DNA of 63,825 nt, the filler included, from Phoronis australis (taxonomy: Eukaryota > Animalia > Phoronida): assembly GCA_002633005.1 (NCBI GenBank). It is 8 parts of 8 records of this genome, joined end to end, with 100 filler letters (N's around TTAATTAATTAA, not from the genome) between each part and the next. Parts side by side here need not be neighbours in the genome. Positions count along the whole stretch, not along the records: positions 1 to 4,751 come from NMRA01002496.1; positions 4,852 to 9,400 come from NMRA01002555.1; positions 9,501 to 16,020 come from NMRA01002153.1; 5 more parts are not named here. The stretch is one strand, 5' to 3'. The notes beneath the pieces were generated by a model, which saw nothing but the letters and a program-made list of their open reading frames with translations, was not told the DNA's origin and made no database searches. The position numbers and the translations under genes were made by a program. This document shows, one piece after another, positions 1-13,136 of this stretch (positions within the stretch are counted from its first letter, which is position 1; each line of letters starts with the position of its first letter).

Positions 1-516
1 ATTGCTTTATGATAATGATGGCGACGACGATAATGGTGACAGGACAACAGTGGCGTTAATTTGGACCTGATTCATAAAAATGTAAATTGACAAGTACCTT
101 GAGTTCATAGTCTAGATTTGAGCCAAACCTTATGACTGTTCGTAAGTCTCCGTTTAGACGGCGTGAAAAACGTTATGTAATGTTACGCGCCATCTTTACT
201 GAAGCTGGGCCATAGTGATGGAGGAGGACGTGGTGGTGGAGGGGAGGGGGTGAGGATGGCGACAGTGTTGAGTATGGTGACTGTGGTTATGTTCATGGTG
301 GTGACATTGATGATGAAGCTGGTGTTCATACTGATGGTCAATTAAGCTAAGTATGATATTGAATGACACCAGTATACGGTGTCTGCAGTAAGGTTATGTG
401 TAGATGTCTGGAGATGTCTGTTGGGCCTGTATCAAGCGTCTGCGCTAAATGATGTAGGAAACCTGCATCTAATGACTACTGTAGTCCTCTGAAAAATGGC
501 ACACTTTTCTCTTCAG

Positions 517-3500
517 GTACATCTTAGCTCAGAGTTTCACACCTGCCAACGGAGCACGCTCGGGTGTTCCACACATTGCCATCTTTTTGACCGATGGGCG
601 CTCTACTAACCCAAGTCTTACCATATCTGAAGCTGCGAAACTACATGCCAACAACATCAACGTTTTCGCAATTGGTAAGTTGTAGACATGGGCGTCATGA
701 GTGCTTCACGAGACGCGTAAGGGAACTAATGGGTGCGAAGTTTGTGATTAGCGTATCGTTGGGCCTGTGCCTCACAAAAACTGACACTGCTAAACTCCAT
801 GGTAACAAAATCAAGGTCTCATGATTGGTAGTTTACAAAAAGGGGTCGTGTGAGTGCTTCACAAGGCCTGTAGAGAACTTTTGGGTGCAATGTTTGTGCA
901 TAGTGTATCGCTGAGCCGACATTTCACAAAATCTGACATTGCACTATTTCATAACAAAATCAGCGTATGCCTTATGTTGGAAAAGTGGGCACATGTGAGT
1001 TGTATAAAGCCTTACACGGCTATATTTAGACGGGAATGCGAAATGTGATCATGGTGGAGATGTGATGCAGACAACGTACTAGGTTGAAAGGAGTGGCGTG
1101 CTTTTGTTACTTTCATTTTTCAAATTTCTGTTTTGCATAAACTAGGTATCGGATCTAACCTCAACTCTGCAGAACTCAATGCACTGGGCACGGATCCCGA
1201 CTCAGAAAGCGTTTTCAAGGTGGCCGACTTCAACGCGTTGAACGCCATTAAGAACAAATTAATGGAAAAAACGTGCAAAGGTGAGTTTTGAGTGAAATAA
1301 AACGATAGGGAGGTTCAAAATTTATTTACTGTAATTGTGGCGTGGCCTAGAAGAGGAATCTTCATAGAGAGAGGGAGAAGCACGTAAGAAATCATTGCTA
1401 TGGTTACATGTATGTCAACAAGGTAGAGGTTCCTGTTGTAACCGGGCACGTTGTTTGGCTTTGCACTGAAACTACTATTGAGTGGTGAAAATACTAAAAA
1501 AATTGATCCCATATTCGCGTGGCAAATTTCATTTCAGCTCCTGTAATTCCAACCAAGCCAGGGCCCGTTGTCGTCAAGCCAACACCACCTGTTCTACCAC
1601 CAACACTCAAGCCTTTCGTGCCTATGAAAGTTGTTGGAGCTCCGGACAATAAAGGAACAAGGTACGATTTCAAATACGTGCTTGCATTTTTGTTGCTAAA
1701 TGTATTCAATAAAAACAGCCCATTGAATTAGGAACGGCTAACTAAAAAGCTTAAGCCAAAACTGGGAGACTACCGGGAGTAAATAGCTAGCAATCAAATG
1801 CTTTGCTTCCGTGAAAGAAACAGGTTGTTATCAATTTAATTATGCCTAATTACAAATTCTACCATGTATGTGTGTCAAAGTAAAATAATGTGGGTTAAGC
1901 ATAAGACTTGTTACTTTCCTTTTCAGTGCTTGTAAACGCGGAATGCAAATTTTCATATTTTATCTACTGTAGATAACAAAATTAGCAATCGACGCAGCTG
2001 TATAGTTGTAGCAGACTAGCAGCAGCACCATGTGCCAATGAATAAGTAAAGAGAATTTACACATATTAAAAAGGATGAGATCAAATGTCTTGAGTCCATA
2101 CGACATTTGATGATATTTTAGATTCATCTTTGCCTTTGGAGAGAACTGGAGTTTCGGTGATATTAATGATTTGGAAGTATTCATCACGACTTTCGAGAAT
2201 GGACCAGTCAATGTTAAAGTCTCTTCGCCGCTTTACAATAATCCAAAAGTTTCAAAGTCGGTAGTTGTAAACAAAGGCGAGGTGAAGCAGGTAGGACTAA
2301 GCACTTGCGTATTATTTAACACCACCAAAGTGTAATATTTTGTAAATTTTGACTTGCATTTGTTGTTTACAAGAAAAATATTACCTGCTGTTTCTGACTA
2401 GTAGCGAGTGAATCTGAGGACCTGTGTTTAATGTACTGCACAGGGGATTGCCACTCGACGGTGTGCCTAACACATCTGCTTACAACGTCACAACTTTACA
2501 CAATTTTTTGTTCGACTTCCCAAGCAAGAAGCTATTATGACAATTATGTGACATCCTTACTCAACATCTGCGTGCGAAATGATGCTAACACCTACTCAAT
2601 AGAAAAGATTCATTATCGAGGTTTCTTCAAGTTGAGAACAATTTGGAAAAGTTTACAATTTCGCAGATTTCTGTTTGAGAAGTGGGCATTTCTCATCAAT
2701 TATAAACGCATTTTTCTAGCTGCTGATGTTTGTGTTACATTATATTTCTTCATAAGTAAGAAACTCTCTTGCTACTAAAATTTGGACCTAGCGTGTAATT
2801 TGCAAAAATAGATAACATTCAACTGACATTAAAGAACGTTTACTGTAAAGTGTGTATCATTATAAAATAGGTGAAGTTCTCCAACCTACTTCGGCTGAAG
2901 GAAACGAATAAAGAAAATAAGGCGATTTTGGTAGAATCGGACAAAGAGGTGGTCGTATATGCCTTCAATAAAGAAAAAGCCTCCGTGGACGGTTTCTTAG
3001 CTCTACCTGTTGATATCCTTGGCACTGAATACTTTACATCATCGTACAGTCCGGCTTTCAGGAAAACGGAGATTCAAATTGTTGGTAGGTTGCTGGCAAG
3101 CAATCTTAATAAGCTAAGTTTGCAAAAGAATACCAAACCAGGGTCTGATTAAATATTTAGAAGTCGTAATTTTGTTGTAAGGTTATGCATCCTTCAGAAC
3201 TGGTGGCGGGAATCGCCTTCGCTAGCAGCTAAACCTTCGCCTATGATATGGGAGCAGGCAAAACGCCAAAGTGAAAAAGACAGAAAGTCAACTTTTGGTA
3301 TAATTATAGACTTTTCGAAAAGCAGGTCCCTATTAAAATGGACTGTCATAAAACTGCTTAACAGAAGGATGTACAGATCAGAAACCGATTGCCCTATCTA
3401 GGTTTGCTGAGCACCTAACAATGTCTTTCTGATGTGGAGCGTCGGGTATGATTTGACAGCTATGTGTGAGTTTAGTTTTGGCCAGTATGCGTTTTATACC

Positions 3501-4613
3501 AATGAAGCGCCAAATGAGTACATTTCTACGTGTTGAAATGTGCTTCATCTACTCGTACGTTTCCTTACTCTATGCATACTCTTAATCATAGTCCAATCAC
3601 GCCCATTCTCAAATTAATTGATTAAGAGCGGAATGATGATCATTTAAGAACTAAAAGTACGCTCAGATTAAGCAATAGTATGCGTAAATTAAAAGTTTGT
3701 GTAGATTAAGCTAAAGCATTGGTAAATTACGCAAAAGTGCACGCAGGTTAAACAAAAGTGCGTGCAGATTAAACAAAAGTGCGTGCAGATTAAACAAAAG
3801 TATGTGTAGATTAAGCACATTTCAACAACATGTTAATGTAGTCGTTTAAGAACCCTTTGGCGCTTAATAAATACCTACTTTATCCAGGTGCGTACGACAA
3901 CACTAATGTAAAGATTCAGCTGTTGAATCCCAAGACGGGCACAGTCACGTGGAATGGGAAGACGTACAAGGCCGGTGACACCATTACTGTCCCTTTGAAC
4001 CAGTACCAGACGTTCCAGGTAGGAAAGTCTAATGATAAACAAAAATTGAGTTATTGGCTCCATTTTTATCACCAGTCAAGTGAGCACCACCATCTTGATA
4101 CATAGTCACATGTTTGGAATTCCGTGCCCACTATAAGCTATAATTGCGAGGTAAGTGAAATGATATCTTTTGACTGAGATATAGTTATGTTTTGCACTTT
4201 TTAAAAAATGTGCAAGAGACCCACTTTCAAAAAGATTAACGATGTAGGCTTAGACGTAGATGAGAGGTTTCTAAGTGCAAGTGATATTATTGTAGATTCT
4301 TGTCCATTTCATAATTAAGGAAATTATTTATCATAATTGTTAATACTTGTATGGGTCACCTGTCCCATGGCTGCTGTAATCCTATTTTGGCTTACAGCTT
4401 CAAAGCACCGGAGATTTAACCGGAACCCGAATCACGGCAGACAAGCCAATTGCAGTGCTCAGCGGAAACATCAAGACCAGCGTGAGCAGCAAGGGCTCGC
4501 AAGATCATTTGGTGGAAATGCTCCCGCCGACATCGACCTGGGGCAAAAACTTCGTCACCACGGCAACACCGGACAGAAATGACGGTGACGTTTTTAGGGT
4601 GATAGCTAGCAAG
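517..4613 (+). CDS. Partial multi-exon gene: vWA domain, Pro/Thr-rich linker, IgGFc-binding protein N-terminal domain (FCGBP-like secreted protein)
   Basis: Seven AG/GT-bounded, phase-compatible exons: 517-674 (GARSGVPHIAIFLTDGRS...VFAIG), 1146-1280 (IGSNLNSAELNALGTDPD...EKTCK), 1538-1661 (Pro-rich, ending PDNKGTR), 2122-2290 (FIFAFGEN...), 2871-3084 (ESDKEVVVYAFN...DGFLALPVDILGTEY), 3888-4018 and 4398-4613 (DLTGTRITADKPIAVLSGN...DHLVEMLPPTSTWGKNF). No internal stops; start and end lie outside the scaffold. Confidence 0.9.
3640..3820. repeat. Intronic minisatellite, ~21-bp unit
   Basis: Repeated (g)cagattaaacaaaagtgcgt-like units, degrading towards the left. Confidence 0.7.
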
Positions 4614-4751
4614 GTATGAATATTTCACGCGTGATTTTTATGCGCCAATACATATTGGTGCTTCTTGCTGTCATCTCTGTTTGGGCATCTGGGTGTCCAC
4701 TGCTGTATCTCCTGGCTAAACCCTTGCAGGATCTTAATGAGATCTGAAGGA

Positions 4752-4851
4752 NNNNNNNNNNNNNNNNNNNNNNNNNNNNNNNNNNNNNNNNNNNNTTAAT
4801 TAATTAANNNNNNNNNNNNNNNNNNNNNNNNNNNNNNNNNNNNNNNNNNNN
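4752..4851. other. Artificial scaffold spacer (N44-TTAATTAATTAA-N44); same at 9401-9500, 16021-16120, 40471-40570, 47473-47572, 51428-51527 and 55127-55226
   Basis: Identical 100-nt blocks whose central 12-mer puts stops in all six frames; genes are cut off at these points. Confidence 0.95.
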
Positions 4852-5456
4852 ATGGTTACCCTATGAGCGACACTAAATTTATGGAAAACACAATGATCAA
4901 GCACTATTGGGTGAAATTGTGTGACAAACCCAGGACCAAAATATACAGAGTCATTGTCCCAAAGTGTGACACGCACACTTCAACTATAACGAAGTAAGCA
5001 ATAGTCCAAGGATCCATAGGAATGTATACGCATAAGATTTTTACAAATTAACAAAAAGTGATATTCAAGCAACTTCCGCTGTGAAGTCTTTGTTTTTGTT
5101 GCCTGACTACAATATTCAATATGATTGATGCATGAGGCTAATTTTGTTTAACGATTTTTTTCACAAAATTGTATCCAGTTACGTAATAAGTCGTTTTAGG
5201 TTCTGATGTTGACAAAATGTCCATAAATCACAGAATTTCCAATCAATAAGGAAATAGACAAAAGAGTTCCAGTTTCATGGAGATAAGAGGCCTAATTCAA
5301 AAGCCGGAGGGCATTAATTTGAAAACTGAGCATACCACTGAACTGATATATAGAAGACGAGGCAGGTAATTCAGCAAATATGATCAAACCCACTGCTCAG
5401 AAATCAAGCAATTAGTCACACATGAAATGTCAGTTGTTCATCTGAGCTCTACATAC

Positions 5457-8400
5457 TTAAAGCATCCAACTTTTTATCACTGTCATGCAAAGGTCCTAGT
5501 TCAGCCAGTACATCCATCTGTTTTATGGCCTGTAAAATTGGCACATTAAATTGTTACAGTGTTCTGGAGACAACATTCATAGCCACCAAAGAATGTTCAT
5601 ACAGAAAATATCAGAAAACCTCTGTCCCAAGTGCAGAAGTGGGAAACTTGTTTTGAGCCACAGCCAAAACTAAATTGTCACAAGAGGACATCATAGCAAT
5701 CGGAACCATTCAAAACTTATCGTAAGACAACTGCAAAAGATCATCAGATGTGCTTTTTCTAGTAAGAACCCATAATTATGTCCATTTTCATAATGATCCT
5801 TAGAGTGGTTTGTCAGACAGAGAGATAGACACCAAAAATCGACTCAAAATATAATCGAAAAATGGCCACTATGTGGCTACAATACGTCAAATCTAACCAA
5901 AAATGTCTACCCACAATGAGCAGTAGGTGCTTAATAAAAAATTGTCAAAAGCAGTGGTTGCTTAGACAAGCAGTGGGTGCTGAAAGTTCACTCAAATGTA
6001 GTATTGACTTAAGACACACCTGAAAGAAGCCATTGACAGTTCTTGTGTAATACTTGAGAGAGGACCGACTGGTAAAGTAACCAGTCCAGAAACTGTGAGC
6101 ACTCTCAGCATACGGGAAGAAGTCATCACCCTTGGTCGTCCAGTTGAGGGCTGCCTTGTTCTTGGCGTATGTGTAACACGATGGTGTAGAGTAGAACACA
6201 TTCACCTTACTTTTGGTCTTTTGCTGCAACAAACACGTAGTCATGGAGATCATCTGGGGATGCTGTAGTCAAGGTGATCATTACTAATNGGAGGGGGGGA
6301 AGGCACCTTTTTTCGCACCCACCACCCATATTTTTCATTTATTTCTTCAGCCTACCACCCATAATTTTTTATAAGTTTGAAATGCAACCACCCGTAATTT
6401 TTTTTTGTTCTTGTGGTTGACTGCACAGGCGCTTGAGTTTATCTGTTCCTCCATCACCACTAACGTCATTCATTACCAAGAAAACATATGTTTCTTATAT
6501 ATGGTTATTAGCCATCGAGAAATTCAAGCACCTGTGGTTAAATGGTGTTATGGGCATGCCGATGAGGAGATCGGAGGGAGTGAAAAAGTCGGAGCTCTTT
6601 GCAAGTTGCATTTTTGATTCAGTTTTTGATTCTGTGCAGATTGTTTATAAAATTTACTAAATTACCCACCATCAAACATTTATGGCCCAATGAAACAACA
6701 ACGACCTGTAAATTTAAATTTTTTTGAAGTACGACCACCAGCCATTTTGAATTTAAGTCAAACGCAACCACCCATAAATTTTTATTTCAGTTGCCTTCCC
6801 CCCCCCTCCCAAACAGATTTTGCTGGAACAGCCCTAAGATTATGAAAAGCAATACCTGACAGAATAACATTCCAAAGCCTTAGAATTGATCTAACGCAAG
6901 CTCCGCCCCCTTGCAAAAGATCGACAAAATACAATTTTACCTGGCAATATGTTGTTTGTCAGGTAAAATGGTGGCCTGGACACAAAGGTGTGTCAATAAT
7001 TCGACGTTATGATTGGACAGTTAAGCCATCACTCAAAATCTTTGCGATAGGTCAATTATTAAATGCTGTAAACATGTGATGCTATTATTTAGTTTTTATT
7101 TTTTTACTGTCTTAAATGCTGTTAACGTGTTATGCTAATTCTATTCTCTCTCGTCTTAAATGTCGTAAACATGTGATGCTACTATTTAGCTTACTAGTTG
7201 TTAGCTCATAAGGTAAAATATTCAGTTAAGCTATATGTAGAATATGATAGGGTCCTTGTGTTGACCTACATACTACAAGGTGTGGCCCTATAGACAACAA
7301 GGTGCGACATATGTGTAGACCTATAAGCAACAAGATGGGGAGGCGTGTGTTGACCTACAGCCAGGACTTAAGACCATAAAGAAACAAATTGAAGCTAAAA
7401 GACATCAAATGTTTACATGAGAGCCTCTAAATAATAGCATCACGTGGTTACATCACATAACGTAGGAGCACAGAGAAACCTTCCAAGTATGGATAATCTT
7501 TAAAAATAAAAGCCAGGGCAGACTTGAAAAATTCTCTCAAGACAAAACTGATAGCAAAAAAGAGATTTCTCAGAATTCATTCTGTTAGTGAATGTAGTGA
7601 GCACTGGTCCCACGCTTGTGGCCCAGACGTGATTCATACACCAGAACATGTTGCCTGATCACCAGTTCTGTTTCAGATTACACATCACAAAGGTTAGTAT
7701 TATTAGTAGATGTGGAATTGAAAGAATTGTACAGAATACCTTGGCATTCACATACTGGATCAACTTATCCAGGTTTTTAAAGTACATTGCGGCATCTTGG
7801 TAGTTGAAGTCATCACCCATGGTTAGCATAATATGGTTGCTTCTATACGCTCTAGCCTACAATTACCACAAGGATAATTATGTAACACATACCTTGGCAT
7901 TCACATACTGTATGAGTTTATCAAGGTTTTTATACCAGCTACTGGCATCTTGGTAGTTAAAGTCCATCCCCATGGTCATCATAATGTGGCCAGCATTGTA
8001 TGCCTTGGCCTACAACAAAAGCAAAACTGGATGATGAATAAAATGGGCAAGTAGGGATGTGAACTGACAATCAGCTCATTGCCTTGCGTGTGTGTGTGTG
8101 TGCATGTGAGTGTGTGTGTGCATGTGAGTGCGTGTGTGTGCATAAATGATGGAATGTTGAACAGAAAAAAATTAGGTGGGACAGAGATCCCTGTCAGTAA
8201 TGCCATTACCTGTTCAGTAGCTGTGTTGATAAATGCATTCACTTTCTCGTCCACATTGTAGTCGTTCAGTCTGTCGTCATCCTGTTGGCAAGAACAAACT
8301 CCAGTATTGATAGAAACATGTTAAGGATAAAGGCACACAGGAATGTGATACGTGATACGGAAGGTCAAAGAAAGAACATTTTGTTTAGTTTTTGGAACCT

Positions 8401-9304
8401 CTTCTAAGTAGCAAGTTCCAAAAATTGTTTATCCGTTTCTGAAAACGTAACCGTCTGACAATAAGGTAATGGTCAGATGTAACGTGTCCGAATTTGTGAA
8501 AGGGCATCAAACTGGTTCTCAAAATATGGGTACATTATGTCCGACTATTGCCAACAATAGTGTAATGCATATAGTGGACGTGTGCTGACAGCTTACTTAC
8601 CATGATGGGTTCGTCACTGCACAGAATATCAAAACAGAAGCCCTTGGGTGCACTGTAACCATTCCAGAGAACTCCAGTGAAGAGGTCGCCAGTTGTACCT
8701 GGTCACGTGACAAATAGATGAGAACAGGGTACAGTTTTGTGAATGCAAGCATCTTGCTAAGGAAGCTGGTGTGGTTACAGGCTTCATTTGCAATATTTTA
8801 AAAACTCTTGCTAGTTCTTGTTTTGTTTTTAAAGAAACTAGGTCTACAGAATGCACACCTGGTCAACCGCATTACTTTATGATTAACTGCAAGTTACCTG
8901 ACATGGCTAACTATTTACTAACTTTTAATTAGCAGCTTTGATCATCAGTACTCAAAGTACTATTTTCATCAATTTCATAGGAAAACAAACTTGCTAATTC
9001 CACTCGTCCAAAAAGAAATGGATACCACAAGCCACATAATATTCAATCCGCATAAGATGCCCCTCATCAAACTTGATAATAGTACATGCCCCACAGAGGT
9101 CCTCCCAATACAAACAGATCTCACCCAAATCATCACAAGTGTATGATACACAGTATATGTCCCATAGAGGTCCTACCATTAATACAAAAAAACCTTACCT
9201 AAGTCATCACTTCCTCGCCACATCATTTCAAGAGTTCGCTTTTTGGTTCTGGTATTTTTGTCTTGGTAGTCCAAACGACCAAAGAATAGACTGTCAAATC
9301 CCAT
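5457..9304 (-). CDS. MAN2B1: Lysosomal alpha-mannosidase (GH38), internal exons
   Basis: Exons in transcript order: 9199-9304 ([16 protein letters not shown]...LEMMWRGS), 8601-8698 ([29 protein letters not shown]), 8210-8281 ([14 protein letters not shown]), 7893-8009 or 7740-7856 (HIMxTMGxDFNYQDA...[11 protein letters not shown]), 6020-6223 (YSTPSCY...DDFFPYA...FWTGYFTSR) and 5457-5529. Canonical splice sites and compatible phases. Confidence 0.95.
6290..6834. mobile_element. Harbinger/Tourist-like MITE (left tip lost at an N)
   Basis: Right end ...gattttgctggaacagccc|taa; both arms match the copy at 49693-50789. Confidence 0.75.
6884..7057. mobile_element. ~175-bp MITE
   Basis: TIRs aattgatctaacgcaag / tttgcgataggtcaatt; related partial copy at ~47575-47720. 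Confidence 0.65.
7740..7856 (-). CDS. MAN2B1: Alpha-mannosidase alternative exon B
   Basis: 117 nt, phase 0-0, tag/gtattc; [39 protein letters not shown]. Confidence 0.85.
7893..8009 (-). CDS. MAN2B1: Alpha-mannosidase alternative exon A
   Basis: 117 nt, phase 0-0, tag/gtatgt; [39 protein letters not shown]. Confidence 0.85.
8088..8141. repeat. (TG)n/(CA)n microsatellite
   Basis: Interrupted gtgtgt run in the intron upstream of the alternative exons. Confidence 0.9.
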
Positions 9305-9864
9305 CTGGAATCAAATCCACAATAAACAGATGCTATCAGAATATTGGATGGTAACAGGAGTAACAAAAGTGTTCACCAAAGCTAACTTTTGATTTAGATC
9401 NNNNNNNNNNNNNNNNNNNNNNNNNNNNNNNNNNNNNNNNNNNNTTAATTAATTAANNNNNNNNNNNNNNNNNNNNNNNNNNNNNNNNNNNNNNNNNNNN
9501 TGAATTCTGTAAATTACGTTTTAGCAACTAGTCTAGCTTACTGTGCATTTCAACACACTAAGCTTCGACCGTGAAAGTATCGTCTTCTAAAGTAGGTTAC
9601 CACTGCTTACTGTCAGTGAGTATAATGCCTAAGTCAAAGGATCCGCCCACCGACGCAGTACCCGCATTCAAATTGGAGATCAATGATTTACAAGTGAGAG
9701 AAAATGAGAGATAAATGTAACTGAATTAAAATGTTTTTTTTTGTGGAAATTATGCGTCGTACTTTTCATAGTGTATAAATGTCGATATAATGCCCTTTGT
9801 TGAACATGCGATTATTGCGTGTGCTCACTTATAAGTATTCTTTTTTCACGTTCGATGATGTCAG

Positions 9865-10210
9865 CTGCTGAGTGGTGCAGTGACCGTAAAGTCGACGACT
9901 CGAAACTTTTGTGGAGCGGGTTCGAAACTGGCCTGGGTGTCCCGCCAAAATGTTATGTTATGTCGTTTAATAAACTAAATGGGTTATTACACGGTTGTAT
10001 TGGTCATTCGAGGCTGATATTGTGGTATATTGGGTGTCCCGCCAAAATCTTATGTAACGTCGTTTAATAAACTAAATGTATTAGTCATTCGAGGCTGATA
10101 TTGTGGTATATTGGGTGTCCCGCCAAAATCTTATGTAACGTCGTTTAATAAACTAAATGGGTTATTAGACGGTTGTATTGGTCATTCGAGGCTGATATTG
10201 TGGTATAAAG
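9865..10210 (+). mobile_element. Possible tRNA-derived SINE with internal 81-97-bp tandem triplication
   Basis: A-box-like tggtgcagtga (9873) and B-box-like ggttcgaaac (9919); unit gggtgtcccgccaaaat... starts at 9935, 10032 and 10113. Confidence 0.45.
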
Positions 10211-10618
10211 TGTGTTGGGATAATTGTATTTTGGTTTGGTGTGGTATCCTAAGACTTGGCCCCACTTAGGTCAACTGCACACAAGTTGTCGTGGAGTGGA
10301 AGGTCAAGTCAGGAGGTCGAGTCAGCTTTATTGATCTTTGCTTGGAGACTTCTCATAAAGCTGAACAAGCTTGCAGATTCAGTGGTGAGAGTACGGCGGG
10401 GGTGTAGTGTTTGTAGTCGAAACTCAACTTGGAAATTGACATACTTTGAATTAACATACCAGCTTGTAATTACATGATGCAGTGTGATTGGCTGTTTTGA
10501 GTCTGAGATGATTTTGAATTTGGAGATTAGACCTTGATTCCTGGACAGTTAATGACATGTCATAGATGTTTGTAGGTCATTTCGCTGTGTGCCGAAAGAA
10601 GTAAGGAAAAGACAGGAG

Positions 10619-13136
10619 ATGTACGTAAGCTCAGTGGTAATTTTAAGCTATGCAGTTTTTCATTCGCAGCTGGGTAGATACTAAACCCTAAGCAGTTAAC
10701 CCAAACTGAATACGAGGTTAATTCCATCGAATCATTTCCATTTTATCACATTAGGGCGTTCTCCTGTTCAGTTGCTTTACCAGACACAGAGCAGTTGTGA
10801 GTGTGTGATGACACCTAACTCCTTTGTTAACTGCCGAGCACAGTCTTTTGTCTGGTATGACAACATGCAGGCCAGTTATCTACCAGGCTTGTTACCGGCC
10901 ACGTGTGAACACAGTCAAACCCAGTGCGTTGGTACATTAATCATCAGACATGATATATTGTCTTAACTTTGGTTGTAGTATGGGCATATGAGATACTGTT
11001 CCCAAGTTGAAGCCTAACTTCAACAGTATTTTGTTACTTTAGATGTATTGGGCTAACCAGAGATATAGCAAAGCTTTAGTAAAATAAGAAAACGCAAGTT
11101 CTATCATGCAAGTGTATAAGCCCGTCAAATGATAAGTGAAGCTGCCTTTTTGTGCCATGTTGCGTCACCGCGAGATCCCAGCACAAACAACAAAAGGTTG
11201 TATTGAATAGGGGTCTGAATAGAACACCATTGCGTGTGGGTGTTATTCGCAGTTGTTTGAATTAATAGGTGATTCTCGCGGTGACGTAGACAAAAGCGTG
11301 CCACTACGCCTAACAGTTTGTTACAGTTGGCAATTTATGGCACTAGTGGGTTCAGAGCGTTGCTCTTGACATACTGTAGGAACCAATTTTACATGTGTTA
11401 TAGTTGAAGATACTAGGCTTTGAACAGGAGTTTCTTCTCTATGGTCTTGTTGCTGGTTTCAGTGGGAATGTGTAGAGCACCGATCTCTGTGAGTTGCTGT
11501 TGTCCATTACTGCTTTAGGTGACTGTGAATTGAAATGATCGCTATGGATACTGAAAAATTGTGTAGTAAACTCATTCTGTTCTTTCCAGGTGTCTTCTTC
11601 ACTGCAGATTCCAATCGCAGCTGTTGTTGTTTGTGCTCTAGTAGGTGTGGGTCTTATTGTGACCATAGTCATCCTAGTAATCCTGCTCAAGAAGAAGAAT
11701 GGTGAGTTAATTGTTCCAATAGTTGTGGTGAGAACTGTAGAAATGGTCATTAGCTTTAAATATACATGGTAGAGACACTGTCTCGAGCGTTCGAAACCCC
11801 TGATGGTTGTAGTAATGGTAGTGGCAATGAGTAGGCCTTCTGCACAACCAGATGTGAACCACATTGAATGGTATGGCTTGTGGAAGACTCTGGTTCATAG
11901 ATATGTGCCCATGTGGATGTGGTAAATGTGGTGTAAATTGCCGTCTACTCTTCAGATGTTAAATGGACTTGCAGTTTAGCTTGTGGTGTACAAAGATAAA
12001 TTTGGTTGATCATGATTTATTGTAATGAGTTTTTATTAATGGTTTTTAATGGTATTAACCAAAAGGGGGATGTATCTTAATTGTCATATTTTAAAACCCC
12101 AAATGACTGTGGTACAGATGGTCGCAAGGACTACTCCCATTACAACAGGCTGTGAATTAGAAATTTAGGTAGTTTGTTTGCACTTCAATTGCTAAAGTTG
12201 GCAAGTAGCTGGTGTGCATTCTGCTACTTTAAAAGGTCTAGTTTAGGAAAGGTAGTCTTTGTAGAGTATGAATCAGGTGTTTTCACTGTTACTTTTTTCT
12301 GCTGAGAGTTCAAAATGTTCTTGGCAGAAAGAATTGTGGTTTGCGAGAAAAAACTGCAGCTTGTGATAGATGGATTGCCCTATAGTAGTGACATTATGTC
12401 AGACTACTTGTGGTACTTTTGAGAAGGAGTACTACCTACTGTGCGATTGGAGAAAACACCATCATGCTCATTGACAACGAATTTTGTTGAGCATCCAACA
12501 CGGTTTACAATGTTCAACAATATTCGCTCGAGCTCTCTCTATCTTTATCATTTGCAGTACAGCAATGAAGCAGACAGCTAAGAGACATAAGAAGACTACT
12601 GATTTATATGACAGCTCGTGTTCTTGTGTCATTGCCAGGCATAGATAAAATGACACAGGGTTGTGACCAAAGGTTGTGACCAAGGGTTGTGACCAACTTT
12701 GCTGCAAGCCAATAGCAGTGTTGAATTATACATATACTAGGAAAACAGAGCCAGCGTATGGTGCACCCCCATGGGCTGCTCATTCAACACAGGGTTTTTG
12801 AAAGTAATCACAAAAGACTGCATTCATCTCCAACATGTGGGTGTCATGTTTTGTATTCCAAATTACAGTGTTGTCAACGATCTAATGCCCAGTAGTTTAT
12901 CAGCCGTGGCAGTATAGGTCATGTATCTAACCACTCTGCTTCCTTGTGTGCTCCACAGATATTATCTACAAGAGAAGCTGTTGCCAAGTTATTGTCACTG
13001 ACAACAATCTACTTCTGTTGCAGTTGTGAAGGTGGGTGGGAACAGAATCCTAACTCAACCGAGCTCACTCTCAACACAGCATGCCACTCCTGTCGATCGT
13101 CAGAATGAGGCAGTGAAGAGAGTGACAGATGACTAA
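10619..13136 (+). CDS. Candidate ~70-aa single-pass membrane microprotein
   Basis: ATG TAC|gtaagc (10619-10624), exon 11608-11701 (IPIAAVVVCALVGVGLIVTIVILVILLKKKN, gtgagt donor) and exon 13024-13136 ending TAA. Phases agree; the TM exon is the best supported. Confidence 0.45.

Noticed and set aside
4752-4851. Recurrent TTAATTAATTAA as a biological motif, and gene neighbourhoods across it
   Set aside because: It is always centred in N runs and is an assembly linker.
9865-9940. tRNA gene
   Set aside because: A- and B-box-like motifs are present but no cloverleaf could be folded; SINE-like at best.
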